Of a stretch of 64,000 bases of DNA, positions 40,736 to 55,600 are shown piece by piece; the first letter of the stretch is position 1; each line of letters starts with the position of its first letter. The position numbers were made by a program, and so were the translations under genes. Origin of the DNA: Paramecium tetraurelia (Eukaryota). Location: contig CT868330.1 in assembly GCA_000165425.1 (NCBI GenBank), forward strand, positions 372,001 to 436,000, written 5' to 3'. Below the pieces are notes generated by a model. It saw only the letters and a program-made list of their open reading frames with translations, made no database searches and had not been told where the DNA came from.

Positions 40736-42577
40736 TCAAATTAGTGATATAAGTTATTTTGCTATTAGCTCATTCTTTTCAGCTTCACTAATAATGAACG
40801 GTTTTCCATTGTCATCTAGTAGTTGCATACCCATTTCCGCATCACATAATTGCTCTCCAGCATATGTACATAGAAGTGTCTTTTATTGTTTGCCCAAATA
40901 TAGTAATCCTAGTTTAAATATGATAATTTACTTCGTTTGATTGCTTAATATAAAGGGGGTATGTTTTCGGATTGCTTCTTTTAGGCATTTCCAATTTATG
41001 GTGCCTTTGCAAAATCTTCGTTCAATAATCTATTAATGTTAATTAATTATGAAGATTTAAAAGGATTTTTAGGTGATTGAACTCTACTTGATTTACCATC
41101 TCCTGTTATAAACTCGATGCTGTCATTAGAATCTAAAATTGAATTCTCATTAAAATCGACAAAATCTTCTAGACTAATCTCAAATTAGCGTGGATTCGGC
41201 TACTTTTTCAATTTTTTAGATACACTTTAAGGTCTATTTTTGGTAAAGTTTAATCCAGCACTTGTTGAATTGGTGTAAAAACTATTGGATTTCAAATTCT
41301 TAGGAGATAGTATTTATTATACACAAGGTGATTTGATAATTTTATTGTTTTATGATATTTTATATAACTCTTATTACTATTTCTAAATGATTAATTGAGA
41401 CTACTCAATCTCTTTCTTGAGTTCTTCATTCTATTTTAAGATTGATTTTATTTTTTCATCTTTTTCTTAAATCTTTAAAGTGAATTACTATTAAATTTAA
41501 GAAAATTTAGAAACTAGAGAATTGTATTGTTATTTAAGTTATTAAGAGTTTTATCTGGCAGTTTATTAACTTTGAGAATTTTCTTTCACCATTTCTAGCA
41601 TCGTTTCGATTTAGTTTTATGCTTATTGATTGACTTAAATCAAGGAGTTATTAATAGTGGTTCTAATTTTATTAATTTCATCGTTTTTATCTGAGTTAAT
41701 TTTAGCTATCAATTGATGAGCCTATTGCAATTGAGTTTAGTATTATTGTTGTAGGATCGTAACGGATTAAACAACAATCTATTCAGCTCTGTTTCGGTCA
41801 ATCTTTTATTCTAATTTATTTTGTAAAATTTAGAGTTCTTATTAAAAGTGTTATTCATCTTAATTTAATCTAAGTGTTGTATTAGACAGAAGGTTCTTTG
41901 ATAGATGTTCATTTTATTTTAGCTTATTTTCTAAGTCTGCTTTCATTTCATCAATTTAGGAATTTATATTCCCTTGTAAATTGAGTACTTTTCTGTCTAT
42001 TTCTTACATAAAATATGTGGTGTAATCATTAAGTTAAATGTTTAAATCTATTCCTTTTATTTAGATTTACATTTCCTCCTAAAACTTTTTGAATTCAATA
42101 TCAAATTTTTCTTTCAAAGATGAGTAATCATGAACCTTTTCTGATAATCTATTTTGCAATTCAGAAACCTATTCTTACAAATCAAGAATAGCTTAATTTT
42201 TTTAATTGATTTCTTGTATATATTTCTATTGTTGCTCTTATTGTATCGGGTTATATTCCACGCTTATAGCCTTTTTATGTTGCATCGGGATGCTCTCAGC
42301 TGGTAAATTTTGAAATTAATTCACAATAATTTGTTCTTAATGAGGGATTCGAGTCATCGCAGTTGGGCTTTAGGCTCTAAAGTTATAAAACAGAGTACCT
42401 TGGTTATGTTGGAAAGTAGGCATAAGTGACTTGTTGAGTCTCATGATTAGAAGATAGGCATCTAATGACTTATCGAGTCTCAGTAGTATTTTTAGTGGAA
42501 TTTGGTCTGGGTACTCTTTGATCATAGACAATGAATGGGTTTGCAATTGTGCAAACAGGTGGTCTTGAAGGCTTCAT
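40736..42577 (-). CDS. Hypothetical coiled-coil protein
   Basis: ATG 42577, long Q/E/K-rich central region, C-terminus LCDAEMGMQLLDDNGKPFIISEAEKNELIAKQLISLI*. Confidence 0.72.
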
Positions 42578-42663
42578 TATTAACGAATTAAAAAAAAATA
42601 TATAAAAAAGTACTAAAAATCAGAAATAATCAGTAGAAAGAGTGGAAAAAGTTAAAGAATATT

Positions 42664-45600
42664 ATGAAATCAATATAAAATTAAAACATCATAAAATTTA
42701 TGAGAAAGAATTAGGTGAAGAAAAAAGACAAATTTGAGGATGGAATCAGAAGGATAGTCAATGTACATAGATAAAATATTTCGGATATGATTCTCAATAA
42801 ATTGACACTCTGCATTGTTGAAAGTTAAAGCATTACTCTAAATGATTTTGCGAGAAGATGGTTAATTTAAAATTCTACAGTTCGCACTGACAACCTTTTG
42901 GCTGGTTTCGTTGATGAACATTATGCACCTTATGTTGAACTGAAAAGCTTTAACTTAAATTACTAAATCGTGAATACTAAATTATTGGAAAGTAGTAATT
43001 GGAGTTATAAAATTCTAAGTATATATATCGAAATAACATTTAGAAAAATTTGCTACAAATGCCTTGTAAAAAGATATAGACATTATAAATTTACTAGCTT
43101 ATATGCAAGTAATCATTATGGGGTTATTTTCTTAAGCCGATTCCTCTATGGTTACATCTGTAATAAATTTTGAGCATCTTGGTCCACTTTAAGCCTTCTT
43201 TTATACAAAAACAGATAAAAATATGACTCTTTTTTGGGAGGTTGGAATAGATAAAATTCCTAAAATTGCTCGAGTGGCTAAAGAATATTAAAAGGATTTG
43301 TTAGGTTATGATTATATTCATACAATAACATTCATTGATTGCAGATATGATTGCAAAGTTGACTAAAATGCTGCGAAATTCGTTACAAATTATTATTAGG
43401 AAGTTAGATCTGCTATTCATAGATAAGATTATTAATCAGTTATTTCAACTTCAAAAGGTTATCAAACAATAAAGCATTCAAGTTAGGAATATTTATTCTC
43501 AATTGAAAATAGTGATTTAGGAAGTATACACGGCGAATTGAACTATAATAAAAGATAGAATGACATTATAAAATGGATGCCAAATAGATTTCCTACTATT
43601 TATTTAACAAAATAGGAATAGTAATCATTTAAATACGATGAATCAATTAAAAGATGGGTTAGTAAAGACTATGAGGCCATCGAATAGGCTAAGAAAATGA
43701 GGGAATATTAAGCCAAGATAAATAAGGATTTATTAAAAAGATACGCCGATTTTTCATCAGCAGCTAAGCTTGTTGAATTGTTATAAAAAGTCCCTAATTT
43801 TAAGATAAAGTTAACATAAGAAGAATAGGAAGTGGTTGGATCAGATGGAAATGTTATGGTTATTGGTAGGAGTGGGACAGGTAAGACTACATGTTCAATC
43901 TTGAGACTTTTCGCTATGGAAACCTTATTTAAACTAAGATTAGAGTTATACAAATAGAAACACGAGAATGTTCTTTAGAATTATAAATACGATGATTAAG
44001 AAGTTGATAATAATGTTGGATTGCATTGTGTGTTTGCAACAGCTAGTCCTGTATTGACTACAGAAGTGAAAAGATATTATTAAAAGTTGACAGCATAAAT
44101 CAAAGCTGAATTAGAAAGGAAGAAATAAAAAGATCGATTGACACGTTTACAATAAGAATAGGAAGCATAAAGATAAGAAAGTGAGAATTAGTTCAATTAA
44201 AGCACAGTTTAAATTGTAGATGATGCTAAATAGATTGAAGAAAATTACTTTGAATAATAAATAAAGGGAATCTATCTATAAAAAGAGTAGGCAGGATTCT
44301 AAGAGGATTTAAATGAGGAGGATTGGGAAAAAGAGGAAGCGAAATTGAAATAAGAGTTAGATGCTTTTCATTCATTTGCTGATATGTAAGATTCTGATTT
44401 TCCAGCTTTTTTAACAATAAAAAAGTTATTGTTATTAATTGATGGATCACTTGCAAATCCTTTCTTCTCTCGTACTTAAGAAAACAAAATAGTCAACTCT
44501 GCCACTCATGCATAATGGAGCACTGAGAATACAGGAGTGATATTTATAAACACTTACAAAAAGGGTGGAGATTAAGATATGGAATATGATGATGAGGAGT
44601 ATGAGGCATTATTTGATGAGAATGAAAAAGACCTAGATGATATGGATGAATATGAACTTGAATAGGAATATTAAAGACAATTGTACTTGATGAACAAACC
44701 TTAGTGGTAAGAAAAGGAGGAGAACAATATGACCAAACTCTCTTAGGAAGTGGATTTCGACTTTTTCCTAAATAATTTTTGGTATAGTAAAAAAAATAGG
44801 TATTAAAATAATAATTTAAATCCAGCATTTGTTTGGACTCAAATATACTCTCATATCAAAGGTGATGCTGCTTCTCATACATATCCTGGACATTTTATAC
44901 CGAAGAAAGTATATATGAAATTAAACAAAAATGATAATCTTTTTGATGAAATCTTTGAATGCTATGTTCATTATGAAAAATGGAAGATTTAACAAGGATA
45001 TTATGATTTTATGGATGTAGTCAACCACATTCTTGTTTAATTGGTCTGCGGAAAATGTCATCTTATTCCCATTCATTATCTGATGATTGATGAATGTCAA
45101 GATCTGCCCCATGCTGTTTTACTGTTGTTGTGTAAAATAACTGAATAGGGTTTATTCTTCAGTGGAGACACTGCTTAAAATATCGCAAAGGGTGTTGGAT
45201 TTAGATTTTAAGATTTGAAGTCTCTTTTCAGGAAACCTGAAATCACTTATAATGCTAAACAAAATGATTTAAAAATTCATTAACTCACAATCAATTTTAG
45301 ATCACACAACAACATTTTATAATTAGCAAACTGCCTTGTTTCCTTATTGGAGATCTTCTTTCCAAACACGATTGACAAATTGAAAAAAGAAAGATCCAAT
45401 ATTTCAGGTCCAAAACCAATCCTAGTCAATGGGGATAAAGATGAGTTATTTTATCTTTTATCTGGAGAACATGCAGATAAAAATTAGTAAGTTGGGGAGA
45501 GACTGCCTATTGAATTTGGTTGCAATTAAGTCTTAATTGTAAAGGATTAAGATTCAAAGAAAAATATTCCTTCCATTTTACAGCACGCCTTAGTATTAAC

Positions 45601-48600
45601 CATTTATGAAGCAAAAGGATTGGAGTTTGACGATGTGATACTCTTTAATTTCTTTTAAGATCATTACATAGGAGATACCTAATGGAAATTATTAATGACT
45701 TGTGATATTCTGGATGAAGAAATTAGCAAGGAGAAATTCCTTGATAGTTGTACTAAACATTAGACCTTAGATGATGAAGCAACCATTTTTACAGGTTTCG
45801 AGGAAAGGAATGGTAACATTATAGTTAAAAGAATCGCTACTTAAAACAAATTCTACGACGAGTTAACCTACAATTATAGTTAGTTATGTAATGAGATCAA
45901 ATAATTATATGTTGCTGTCACAAGACCGAGACAACGATTAATTATATATGATGAAAATCCTTAAGCCAGATAATACATGTAAAATATATGGTAAAAACTT
46001 AATTTGATTGAATTCTTTGTATAGAGAACTCAGGAGGATAAAAATGTTGAAAGGTTTGCCAAATAAACATCAAAAGAGGAATGGAAAAAATAAGGGTTGA
46101 AAATGTTTAGAAACAAATATTATGAATAAGCTGAAAAATGCTTTGAATAATCTAAAGATGAACAGCTCTTCATAAAGGCAAGGGCTTTCAAGGTTGCAAC
46201 AGAAGCCAATGCACTTATATAATAATATTCCCAAACTTCATCCAATGGTGGAATGACAAAGAAAGATAAAAAAAAAATCTTAGCCTCATTGAAGCAACAA
46301 TAGAAAGAAAAGTTTACTGAATCAGCACAGTTATTTATGAAAATTCAGAATTACAAATAAGCAGCTTAATGTTACTATTCAGGTGAGATGTATGAAGAAG
46401 CATTAAGCATATATGTTAAGTAGGAAATGTTCAATGAGGCTGGAGAAGCAGCTTACAAATGTGAAAAGTATTCTGAAGCAGCTGATTATTTTTTTAAATC
46501 TAATGATTTTATTAGAGCTGTAGATGCATGCGAAAAGGCAGAAGCTTATGAACAGATATTTAATGTAATTCATTAATTGAGAGATAAAATACCAGTTGAA
46601 ACTAGATCTGCATTTCTAAAGAAGTACTTGCCAATAATCCTAAATAAAATGACTACTTAGATTGGATAACTTGAATAAGTGAATGAATAGCTAACAAAAA
46701 ATTAAGAAAAAAAGCCACTTATTATTGAAGAGAGTTCGGATGAGGAGGAGGATGATGAGGATGAAGAAAATGGAGATGGAGATGGAGACAAAAATTAAGT
46801 GGAGAAGGTTTAAAATAAGACAGGAAAAGAAGAGTAATAAGAAAAGATTATTGAATTAAGTAGTTAATTAATACAATCACTACCTGATCAATCATAACCA
46901 TCTATTTTGGTTAAGCAAGAAAGCATGAATAATAATTCTGATGACTCCTAATCATTTTCAGTATAAAACACATAAAGCTTTTAAATTGAATAAGACCAAG
47001 TCTAAAATAGTAAAATAATTAGTGTTGCTGAATCTGAATCATTTTAAGTGGAAAAAACATTTAAAGAGGATGATGAAGTGGAATAAAACTTTGAACATTT
47101 GTCTCACTTTGATCCAGAGGATTAATGGTTGAGAAATGATAACAAATCCATTATTGAAACAATTGCATCAAAAAAGAGTGAACAATCTGATTATTCTGCT
47201 TTTTCATATGCGTAAATGCATAGCAATCCGAATGTTTAATTCGTAAAAACCAAAGCAGATATTTTTATTCAGGATACAATAATGTAATAAATTATTAAAT
47301 ACATCTCAATGTTCTCGGATGAATTTAAATATTAATTGTATAATTAAAGAAGTAAATCAGCATAACTCAGTAATAAATAGGTTGATTAACATTAATTTGA
47401 TTATATGGTTGACTTTATGTTGGATTTAGATTTGGTTGACATCTCCTTTATTTTTTTGGTTTTAGATATTTTAGAATAGTTCAAGAATTACAAATTATGC
47501 ATTTTTGTTTGCAATAGATACAAATTGGCCGATCAATTAGGAAGATATTTAGTCTCAATTGCATCAACATATTCACCTCTTGCATTGCACTCAGCTAGTT
47601 TGAATGTTTAATACTTAATTAATGGGAAGCAAAGATAAGCTTAAATTGATAAAGGTTTGGTTTCAGCATTTGCAGTCCATAATGTATTTGAAAACATTAA
47701 TCCAGAGTTCATTACATTGAAATTTAATAATGTTAAGCTTACATCACAAAATTCATTGGGCTTAGAATGTTATTCATAGTTGCTATTATTAGGATTTTGG
47801 AAGAAAACTGTATACTAAATGGATGTTTAAAATTCATTATTAGTTTGTAAATTGTTTATGGATTTTAAAAATTGGAGATTCATTTATTATAGTAATTTAA
47901 GTCATTAGGTCACTAATAAGATTATAGAAAATGAACAAAAAGATAAAGATTTGGCCTAAGTCTATTAAACAACATTAATATTGATATAAAAGAAGCTTGA
48001 TATTTGTTTTTCAACTATGATAAGAGGAATTGATATGCTAACAATTACATATCCAAAAGATTAGTAGGAGATGGAATTCGCGATTATTACCTTGGAGCAA
48101 TATTACAGTGAATTAATAACATAAATGGTAATGAATCAGAAGGCTCCGCAAACTTTATTCTATAGACCTCATACATTAGATCTTCAAAAAACTATTAAAG
48201 TCGAACTAAATCCTAAGTAGAATCTACCTAAAATGTATTCATTAACTGAAGAAGTAGTCTTTTACTTGATTAGTAAAACAGAAGTTCCGGAAGAAATTCT
48301 TAATAAATTATGTAATATTGTACTTGATTACAAGAATCCTCATAACGAATTAGAAATTTATCAATCTGTGTTTCTACTCGTACTTTATTGTTAATATGTT
48401 GTACATAACTCAGGATTGGTTAAGACTCAATCTTGGATTACGTAATTAGATGCCAAAACATATGCTACACTAATAAAATCTCTTAGATTTATCAAGAGTT
48501 TGTTGAATACAAACCAACATTGCCTGTAGAAATTATCAAAAATTGTTACCAGAAGTGTACTATTTTACTTTAAAATCAGATAGCCAGAAAATGTAGCTTT

Positions 48601-50596
48601 ACTTAAACCATATTTTAATTCAGTAATAATCAATCGATCATCTGTAATCATATAGGGTTTAATTGAAAACAGACATAATTTACAATTGAAGGGCAATAAA
48701 ATTGTGTTGGATGATTATTACTTTGTAGATATTGATTTTGAATTCATTAGTGCCCCAAGATCTTCTGTGATATTTTTGATTTCAAAGAAACTTAGCAATG
48801 AATTGAATTCCATTACTTCTTTAAGGAGAGCTTCTTTTGATGAATATCATTTTGATCAATTGTACCCACATGAATATGAGGATCACTTTGAAAATTTGAG
48901 TATCTATTTATATAGTAGATAAAACTCCACTTAAAATTATTAATCAAGAAAGGACACTAGTTCGATAACTGTTGATGATTGGATAAAAAAGGAATTACAA
49001 ATAAGTTCTTAGAAGATGCAAGAAAGCTTAGAGAAGAAGAAAATTTAATAGATGGATGATTCAGGTGGTATAAAATTAATATTTAAGAAAAACCAAAAAC
49101 ATTCAAAATAATAACATTCTTTTATGAGGAATCCTTATCTTAAATGTTTATCCTCTGAATCAAGAAATTATAATACTCACCAGGCTTTAAAATATATTAA
49201 TCAACAACATAAAGATTCAGATTCATTCCATTCTGGTATGGTAAAATTCATCCATTTAATGAATTATGCTAGTAATAACCACTTCACCTATTAATACATC
49301 AACAGAAAAATTGAATAAGGATAATCTAGCAAATATGAGCCTTATCTTCAATATTTAGAATGCTTAATATGTAAAAAATTTAACGTGATTTCTGATGCCA
49401 CCGATCTTTATTTTTCATATCTGGAAGTTAGAAAAGATTTAATGGCTGCAGATGAATTATATTATCAATTATCTTATTTATTTTTGAATAACATAGTTGG
49501 ATATTTACTGAAAAGTAAGAATAATTGTTAGATCAAAATTGCTAATCGATACTTTATTTACTTCGATAAGATTACTTAGCCTGATGAGTAGTCATATCTA
49601 AATGAAACAAACTTTCATCCCATATCAAATTAGGATGGAATTGCCAATATAATAGAATAATTGTCAGATTTATAAAAAGATTAACCTTAAGCATTCGGCT
49701 TTAAAATCATGCTATTAATTTACACTTTAGTGCTTAATTTAAATGATATCAAAGCACATGTGATAACTGAGATTAAGAAAATCATCTATAATGTAACTGC
49801 TTAAGACGAAGTGGAATAATATGCATAAATTATGAAAGCTGTCAACTTGCCTGATAAACAAAGATTTGATGCTTTGACTATTAATTCTAATGTTATCAAA
49901 TTAGTCTTTGCTTAAAACATTAAGTTGTATTCTTTAAATGTTGTAAATAAACTAACAGCCTAAACGATTGATGATGCATATCAGAGTTGTTTAGATGAAT
50001 GGTCAAATATACAAAAAAGAAGTGAAGAACTTGAAAATAAAACAAGGAAAATAGTGACAGCTTTAAGGGAAAAGTAGAAATAGGAAAAGTTCGTTAACCC
50101 TTACTTCTATGGATTTGGTGAATATGAGTTTTCAAGGAAATTCAAGACATCCAAATATATTGACATAATAAATGAATTCATTAGAATTAGAAAGATATTA
50201 TTGTCTACATTCTATTCTATGTTGTTGACAAACTCAATTGATTTCCATTTTATTTCATTGCAATTAAAACAGCTGGATAAGAAGGAAGATGAATTCAATA
50301 CTTTATGGGGAAATTACTCATCTAAACAGATGATCCAATCAGAGTTTATTAAATAATATGATGAATAATACAAGAACACATCAGTAATAATTGAAACCTT
50401 ATTGTAATGGTAAAAAAACAATGTGACATTTGAATAAAATGCTAATAAATTGCTTGAAAGGAACAGGAAATTATTGGCCTTAAAGTGGATGAGTAATAGA
50501 GCTGGATTGGCACTTCAGAAGATTCAAAAGAAAAAGAAGGGCTTAAAGAGACAAAAGTTGTAAGAGCAGAAAAAATTAATTATGAAACTATAGTGA
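42664..50596 (+). CDS. TRANK1: TRANK1/Lba1-like UvrD (SF1) helicase with TPR region (about 2,620 aa)
   Basis: Walker A GRSGTGKTT, FPAFLT, VWTQIYSHIKG, Walker B IDECQD, GDTAQNIAKG, LTINFRSH, EAKGLEFDDV, LYVAVTRPR and TPR-like YEQAEKCF. One 25-nt intron near 43019-43043. Alternative in-frame ATG at 42700. Confidence 0.9.
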
Positions 50597-50659
50597 TTTA
50601 ATTATAATTTATATATGATAAATAAATAGAAATAACAAACATATGATAATTAAATTATT

Positions 50660-51794
50660 TCATTGTCTTCTAGATTGTTCAAATTGAGGATTCTTTCTTT
50701 GATTTATAATACCAAAGATCCCTTTATTCATAGTTTATTTAATGTTTATTTCCCTAGCTTTCACTTCATCCAGGTATTTAATTTAGGGATCGAAATTGCC
50801 AAACTTTCTGAGTTCTGCTCTGATATCCTTAACCTGAGGTTTAGAGAGGTCTAATATTAATTTGATATATGTTACGTTCCAAGAGTAAAAGAACATCCTT
50901 CAAGACTTCATCATTTTGTTTTCCATCAAAAGGCTTGATGAAAATACCATTGTCTTGATATTAATACATCCTCTCTGGATCAGAATCAAGAACTATAACT
51001 CTATTTAGAGGACGATTGAGATATTTCAAATCCCTAATGTATCTACCTTTCTCAAACACCATTGATTCTCTACCAAAGGCACCTGCAAATATCTATCTAG
51101 GTAGGATCCAATTTTTGAGTAATTTGTTATGTAAACTGCATAATAAAAATACCAATACCATGGTTTCATCGTCACTCAAAATAACCACTTCATACATCTT
51201 AGGTAATTTTTCAAGAAACCTCTACAAACCATTTCTTCTTTTGATTTCTCCTCTAATTGTTCAAATTCAATAAATACCCAACACCAAACACATAATCCAT
51301 ATGCAATAGAGTACCTGAGATATTCAGTACTAAAGTCTTGGGTATCTCATATCCAAATGGCAACTCAGGGATATCGGGCAATAATTTATCGATTGCTGGC
51401 TTAGTCATAAACTAATGCTAGAATTAAGTGTTTACATCGTAAAATGCTTAGTATTGATCCTAGCAATATTTGGCAGCGTCATTTATCTGCTTTTAATAGC
51501 CTACTCATATATTGTCATTTTACCCAATTCTTGTGTTGGATCAGTTTTATAATTATTTAGATACAAATTATAGCCAAACAAAGCTGATGTTGTCCACCAA
51601 AATATCCTTGAAAACAATCTGAAGTATGAAAATGCTTTCTCTTTATTCTCCAATGTTGGGTTAGCCTCTTCTGCCTCTATCGTTCTCTCATCCCATTCAT
51701 CCTACTATTCTTTTTGTTGTTATTGCTATTAACTAAACTTATATCTTGGGAAACGTAATAGAGTTAACGATCTAATTGAATATTTGCTTAGCAT
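50660..51794 (-). CDS. TIM50: Mitochondrial import inner membrane translocase subunit TIM50
   Basis: Basic presequence, one TM, KLLPD..P...PKTLVLNISGTLLH and YIRDLKYLNRPLNRVIVLD (NIF/FCP1-like). Apparent 1-nt frame break near 51100. Confidence 0.88.
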
Positions 51795-51815
51795 CCGTAA
51801 TTAAAATATAAATTT

Positions 51816-52576
51816 TCAAATAAATATATGTTCAATTTTATCCACCTTATTTGATATTCTGATTATGCAATAGTTACCATGAAGCAATGGACCAACATTA
51901 ACCACTTTACATTAACTTATCATTCTACTCCCTACTCCATCATGTGTATGTCCGTGCACATTTAATATAATGTTCTTCTTGTTCTTGATCAAATTTGATT
52001 GTGAATCACTTCCAGATTTAATTACATCATCCCATCCATCATCACTGCATATTGTCGTTTAACTTAACGCAGGACCTATGTGAGTAATGAGTATTATCTT
52101 CCCCTCTTCAGGCAATTTCAGTTTCCCAAGGTCTTGCGAATACTCCTCATCACTCTTGTATGGATATCCTTACCAAATCAAACCTTGCTTATTGTATCCT
52201 TAGGATAAATCTCTATACTACCTGGAATGCTGCCCCCCAAACCCACTATCCATAAATCATCTCGTATTTGTAATGATTTTTTATGAATGTTGATAAATCC
52301 TTCCTCTAGATAAGTATCCTACAGTAATTCATCACTGTCATGATTTCCAGGAATAAAGTATATCGGACAACCAAAACACTTAAATGGATTTAATAACTTT
52401 CGCAAATTGTCCAACTCTGAATCCTCACCTTCTTGATGTTACAGGTTCAAAAAATCACCCAATAAAAAAACTGCATCGAATTGTTAATGTTTTTCTCTCT
52501 CTATCAACAATTAGACTGTTTCAAAATTGAGATGAAGATCAGAAGCACATAAAATTACTTTTTAGTTATTTTACAT
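51816..52576 (-). CDS. Calcineurin-like metallophosphoesterase
   Basis: SDLH, LGDF, PGNHD, ITHIGP and HGHTH motifs. One 23-nt intron. Confidence 0.9.
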
Positions 52577-52658
52577 ATATAAATTAATAATGTATCTAGC
52601 ATAAGAATGAAATAATTAATAATAAGTGTCATATTATATATTACTAAATATAAAATTC

Positions 52659-55600
52659 TCATTTTTTATTTGGTTTTTTCCCTTGCTTTTTAAGTTCGGC
52701 CAATTTTTCTGCCTAAAAATTCGGATTGCCTGATGCTTCATCCAACATATCCTCTGCAGCACTTGTGTCTAAACCTTCAATATTTAATTGTTAAATCTAA
52801 TCAACACACTTCTGCAATGTATCAACATCAAAGTTTTACAGAGCCGTGTTTATTTTTTCTTGAATTATTGCTATCTTCCAATTATTTATGACCTATTTGG
52901 CAGCACCTACCAAAACAGGATCTAATTAAGAAGGATCAGCTATTAATTTCTCTACATCCTCTGGATTTCCAATTTTTTCTTGTTTGCATAACTATCATTA
53001 TTAATGCACATCTTACATCAAACAATTATTGTTCTTTCTTCATTAATTAAGTCAAATCCTATTTGATAGAATCTCGTTATTAATATATCTCTGCAAGTTC
53101 TTATTTGTATGATGACCTGTAAGATTAGAATTCATTAATTAAGATTTCTTTATTATCCCTATAATTGCTAAATTTAAATAATACTTTTAAAGAAGCTTAA
53201 TTTCTTCTCTCATTTTAAGATTTCTTTGGATGATTCCGGCAATCTCTTCCTTTCCCATCAAAATTCCTTCCACTATTTCTCTTTTCTACACATCGCTTCT
53301 TACATTAATCAATCCAGCATGTCTAGCATAATGATCCATAATTCTATCTTATTCTAAATGCTATAAGAATTATGTAATGGCTTCATTAACGTGATTTTCA
53401 GATTTTGGTATTTATCTTTATTAAGGAGCAGTTTCAACTGGTGCCTCAACTTTTGATTATTTACCCACTTTTTTATCATCCTTTTTAGGTCCCTTTTTTT
53501 GGGCTGCTTACTTGGCCTCCTCTTCCCTTTACTTTTTTGTCATTCTGGGTGCATTTACAATAGCCTATTCCTCAGGGGTTAGTTCTTCCTTTAATGTTAT
53601 TAAATATTTTGTTCTCGATTTCTTAGCATTTGCTGCCCTTCCTGGCTCTTTATCTTCCCAAGATTTTTTAATTGCTTTTTCTTTGTCTTCCTTTGTTGTA
53701 TCTCTAACAAGTGCAACAGTGTCTGATGCAAATATAGTTGTGAACCAATACAAATTATCTGTTTCTTCAGATTTAATTTTAGCTTCCGGCCATTCTCTAA
53801 GGTCAAAAGATGCTTATATTACATAATTTTCATCCTTAGGCAAAGTAATATTTGAAAGAGTGACAGAATTGATTCCGTAGTTATATACAATCAAATCATC
53901 CCCATGATATAATTCTAAACGAATGAGTCTTTCTCCTCTCATTTCAGATTCAACTATTTCTAATTCTTAAGCTCCTCCTTTTGTTTATTTACCTTTAGCC
54001 ACTTGTTATTACTATTAAGCTTGTTGTCCTTCTGTTAATCTAACATAGATGCTAACTTGGGCTTCATTTGCAAAGATCCTCTCCCTAAATATAGTACCAT
54101 ATTTGGTTGGAACATATTTGTCATAATAACGAGTGGGTTCTACATTTTCTAGTTATGTGAAGGTGAATTCTTGATTGACTAAGAAATCCAGTTCAAAGGT
54201 GCCTTCTTAAGTGTTGTATTAAGGAGTCCCTTCTAGTATAAAGTAATAAGTAGTTTAACTTCGGAGCATCATTCTTTAAGTACCATTAATGATGGATTCA
54301 CTTTCAAATAGATTCTTATGAACCCCTTCTATAGTAGTAAGCATTAGGTTATTATCAGGTGGAGGAATTTCACATAATTTAATTTTGAGAAATTTTAATA
54401 ATTGGTTATCTGTTGTGCTCTTCAATCTATAAACAAATGACCCATTCTCCTTGTTAGAATTCAAAAACACTTTGAATCTAAAGTACACATAGTATTTATT
54501 GGCTTCGCATGCTGGATAGTCAATTTGAAAGGATTATTTTTGATAATTTTCATAGTCAATCAAATAATCAAACACACTTTAAGTGCTGATTTTATTATTG
54601 GATGTCAACCACATAGTGAAATTGAGTGGTGAGTATATATTCATTTTGAATATGTGATTTTTATTATCTAATAATAACATCTATGAGCTAACACATTAAT
54701 TCAACAATTTGTAATCCAATATCGACTCATATGTCTCCAAATCAAATCGTTATAACATAGAATATGGCCTTATTTATTCATTAAAATCTTTATTCTGAGA
54801 ATATTTGGGTTGAAATCCAACAAGAAAAGCAACCTAGGCATTATCATCAGAATCTGGATCTCTTTGAACAATTACCATTTCAATGTTGTCATAACCAGCA
54901 ATATCATTGTCTGGATTGCTTTGAATTTGCAAAACTTACATATTATATCTCTTTGGATCATAAGCTATTTGAATGTAATCAAAAAGACTTAGGAATTCTT
55001 TTTCATGCACCCAGAATCCACCTTCTCCTCTGTTAAACGGTTCCTAAGCATTAGAAACTGAAGAGAAATCCTCTAAAGGTTTCACTGTGAAGCTATCATC
55101 AGTATTTTTCATATTAGCTGAAACCACGGATTTATCATCTCCCTTGATTTCAGGGATATCATAATTAGGAGGTTTGTTCAGCTTATTAGCAATACACTTT
55201 TTAGCAATATATATTTCATCAGCAGCAAGAGGACTGAAAACAATCACTGGATCTTTACCTGAGACATCACTCTTTAATCTTAAATATCTATGTTTAACAG
55301 GTTATTGACTAATTAATGAGATCCTTTTTTTATCATCATCTTGTAACTTTTCTTTAATTTCTTTCTTTCTTCTTCTCAAATCCAGTTTCTCTTCCTTCGT
55401 CATCTTGTTCATAGGAGTTTTGCAGAGATCAAAATATTCTTATCTCAATCTCAATTCTCTATCACTCCTCTTTTATGCATAAACCATATTAAATCCATTC
55501 TCATTCTAAAATTGCTCTACAATTGAATATGAAAAACATGTATTCATATTTGTATCTCCTGGTACTTTAGGAGGTTTAGGTGTGGAATATGATCGACTCA

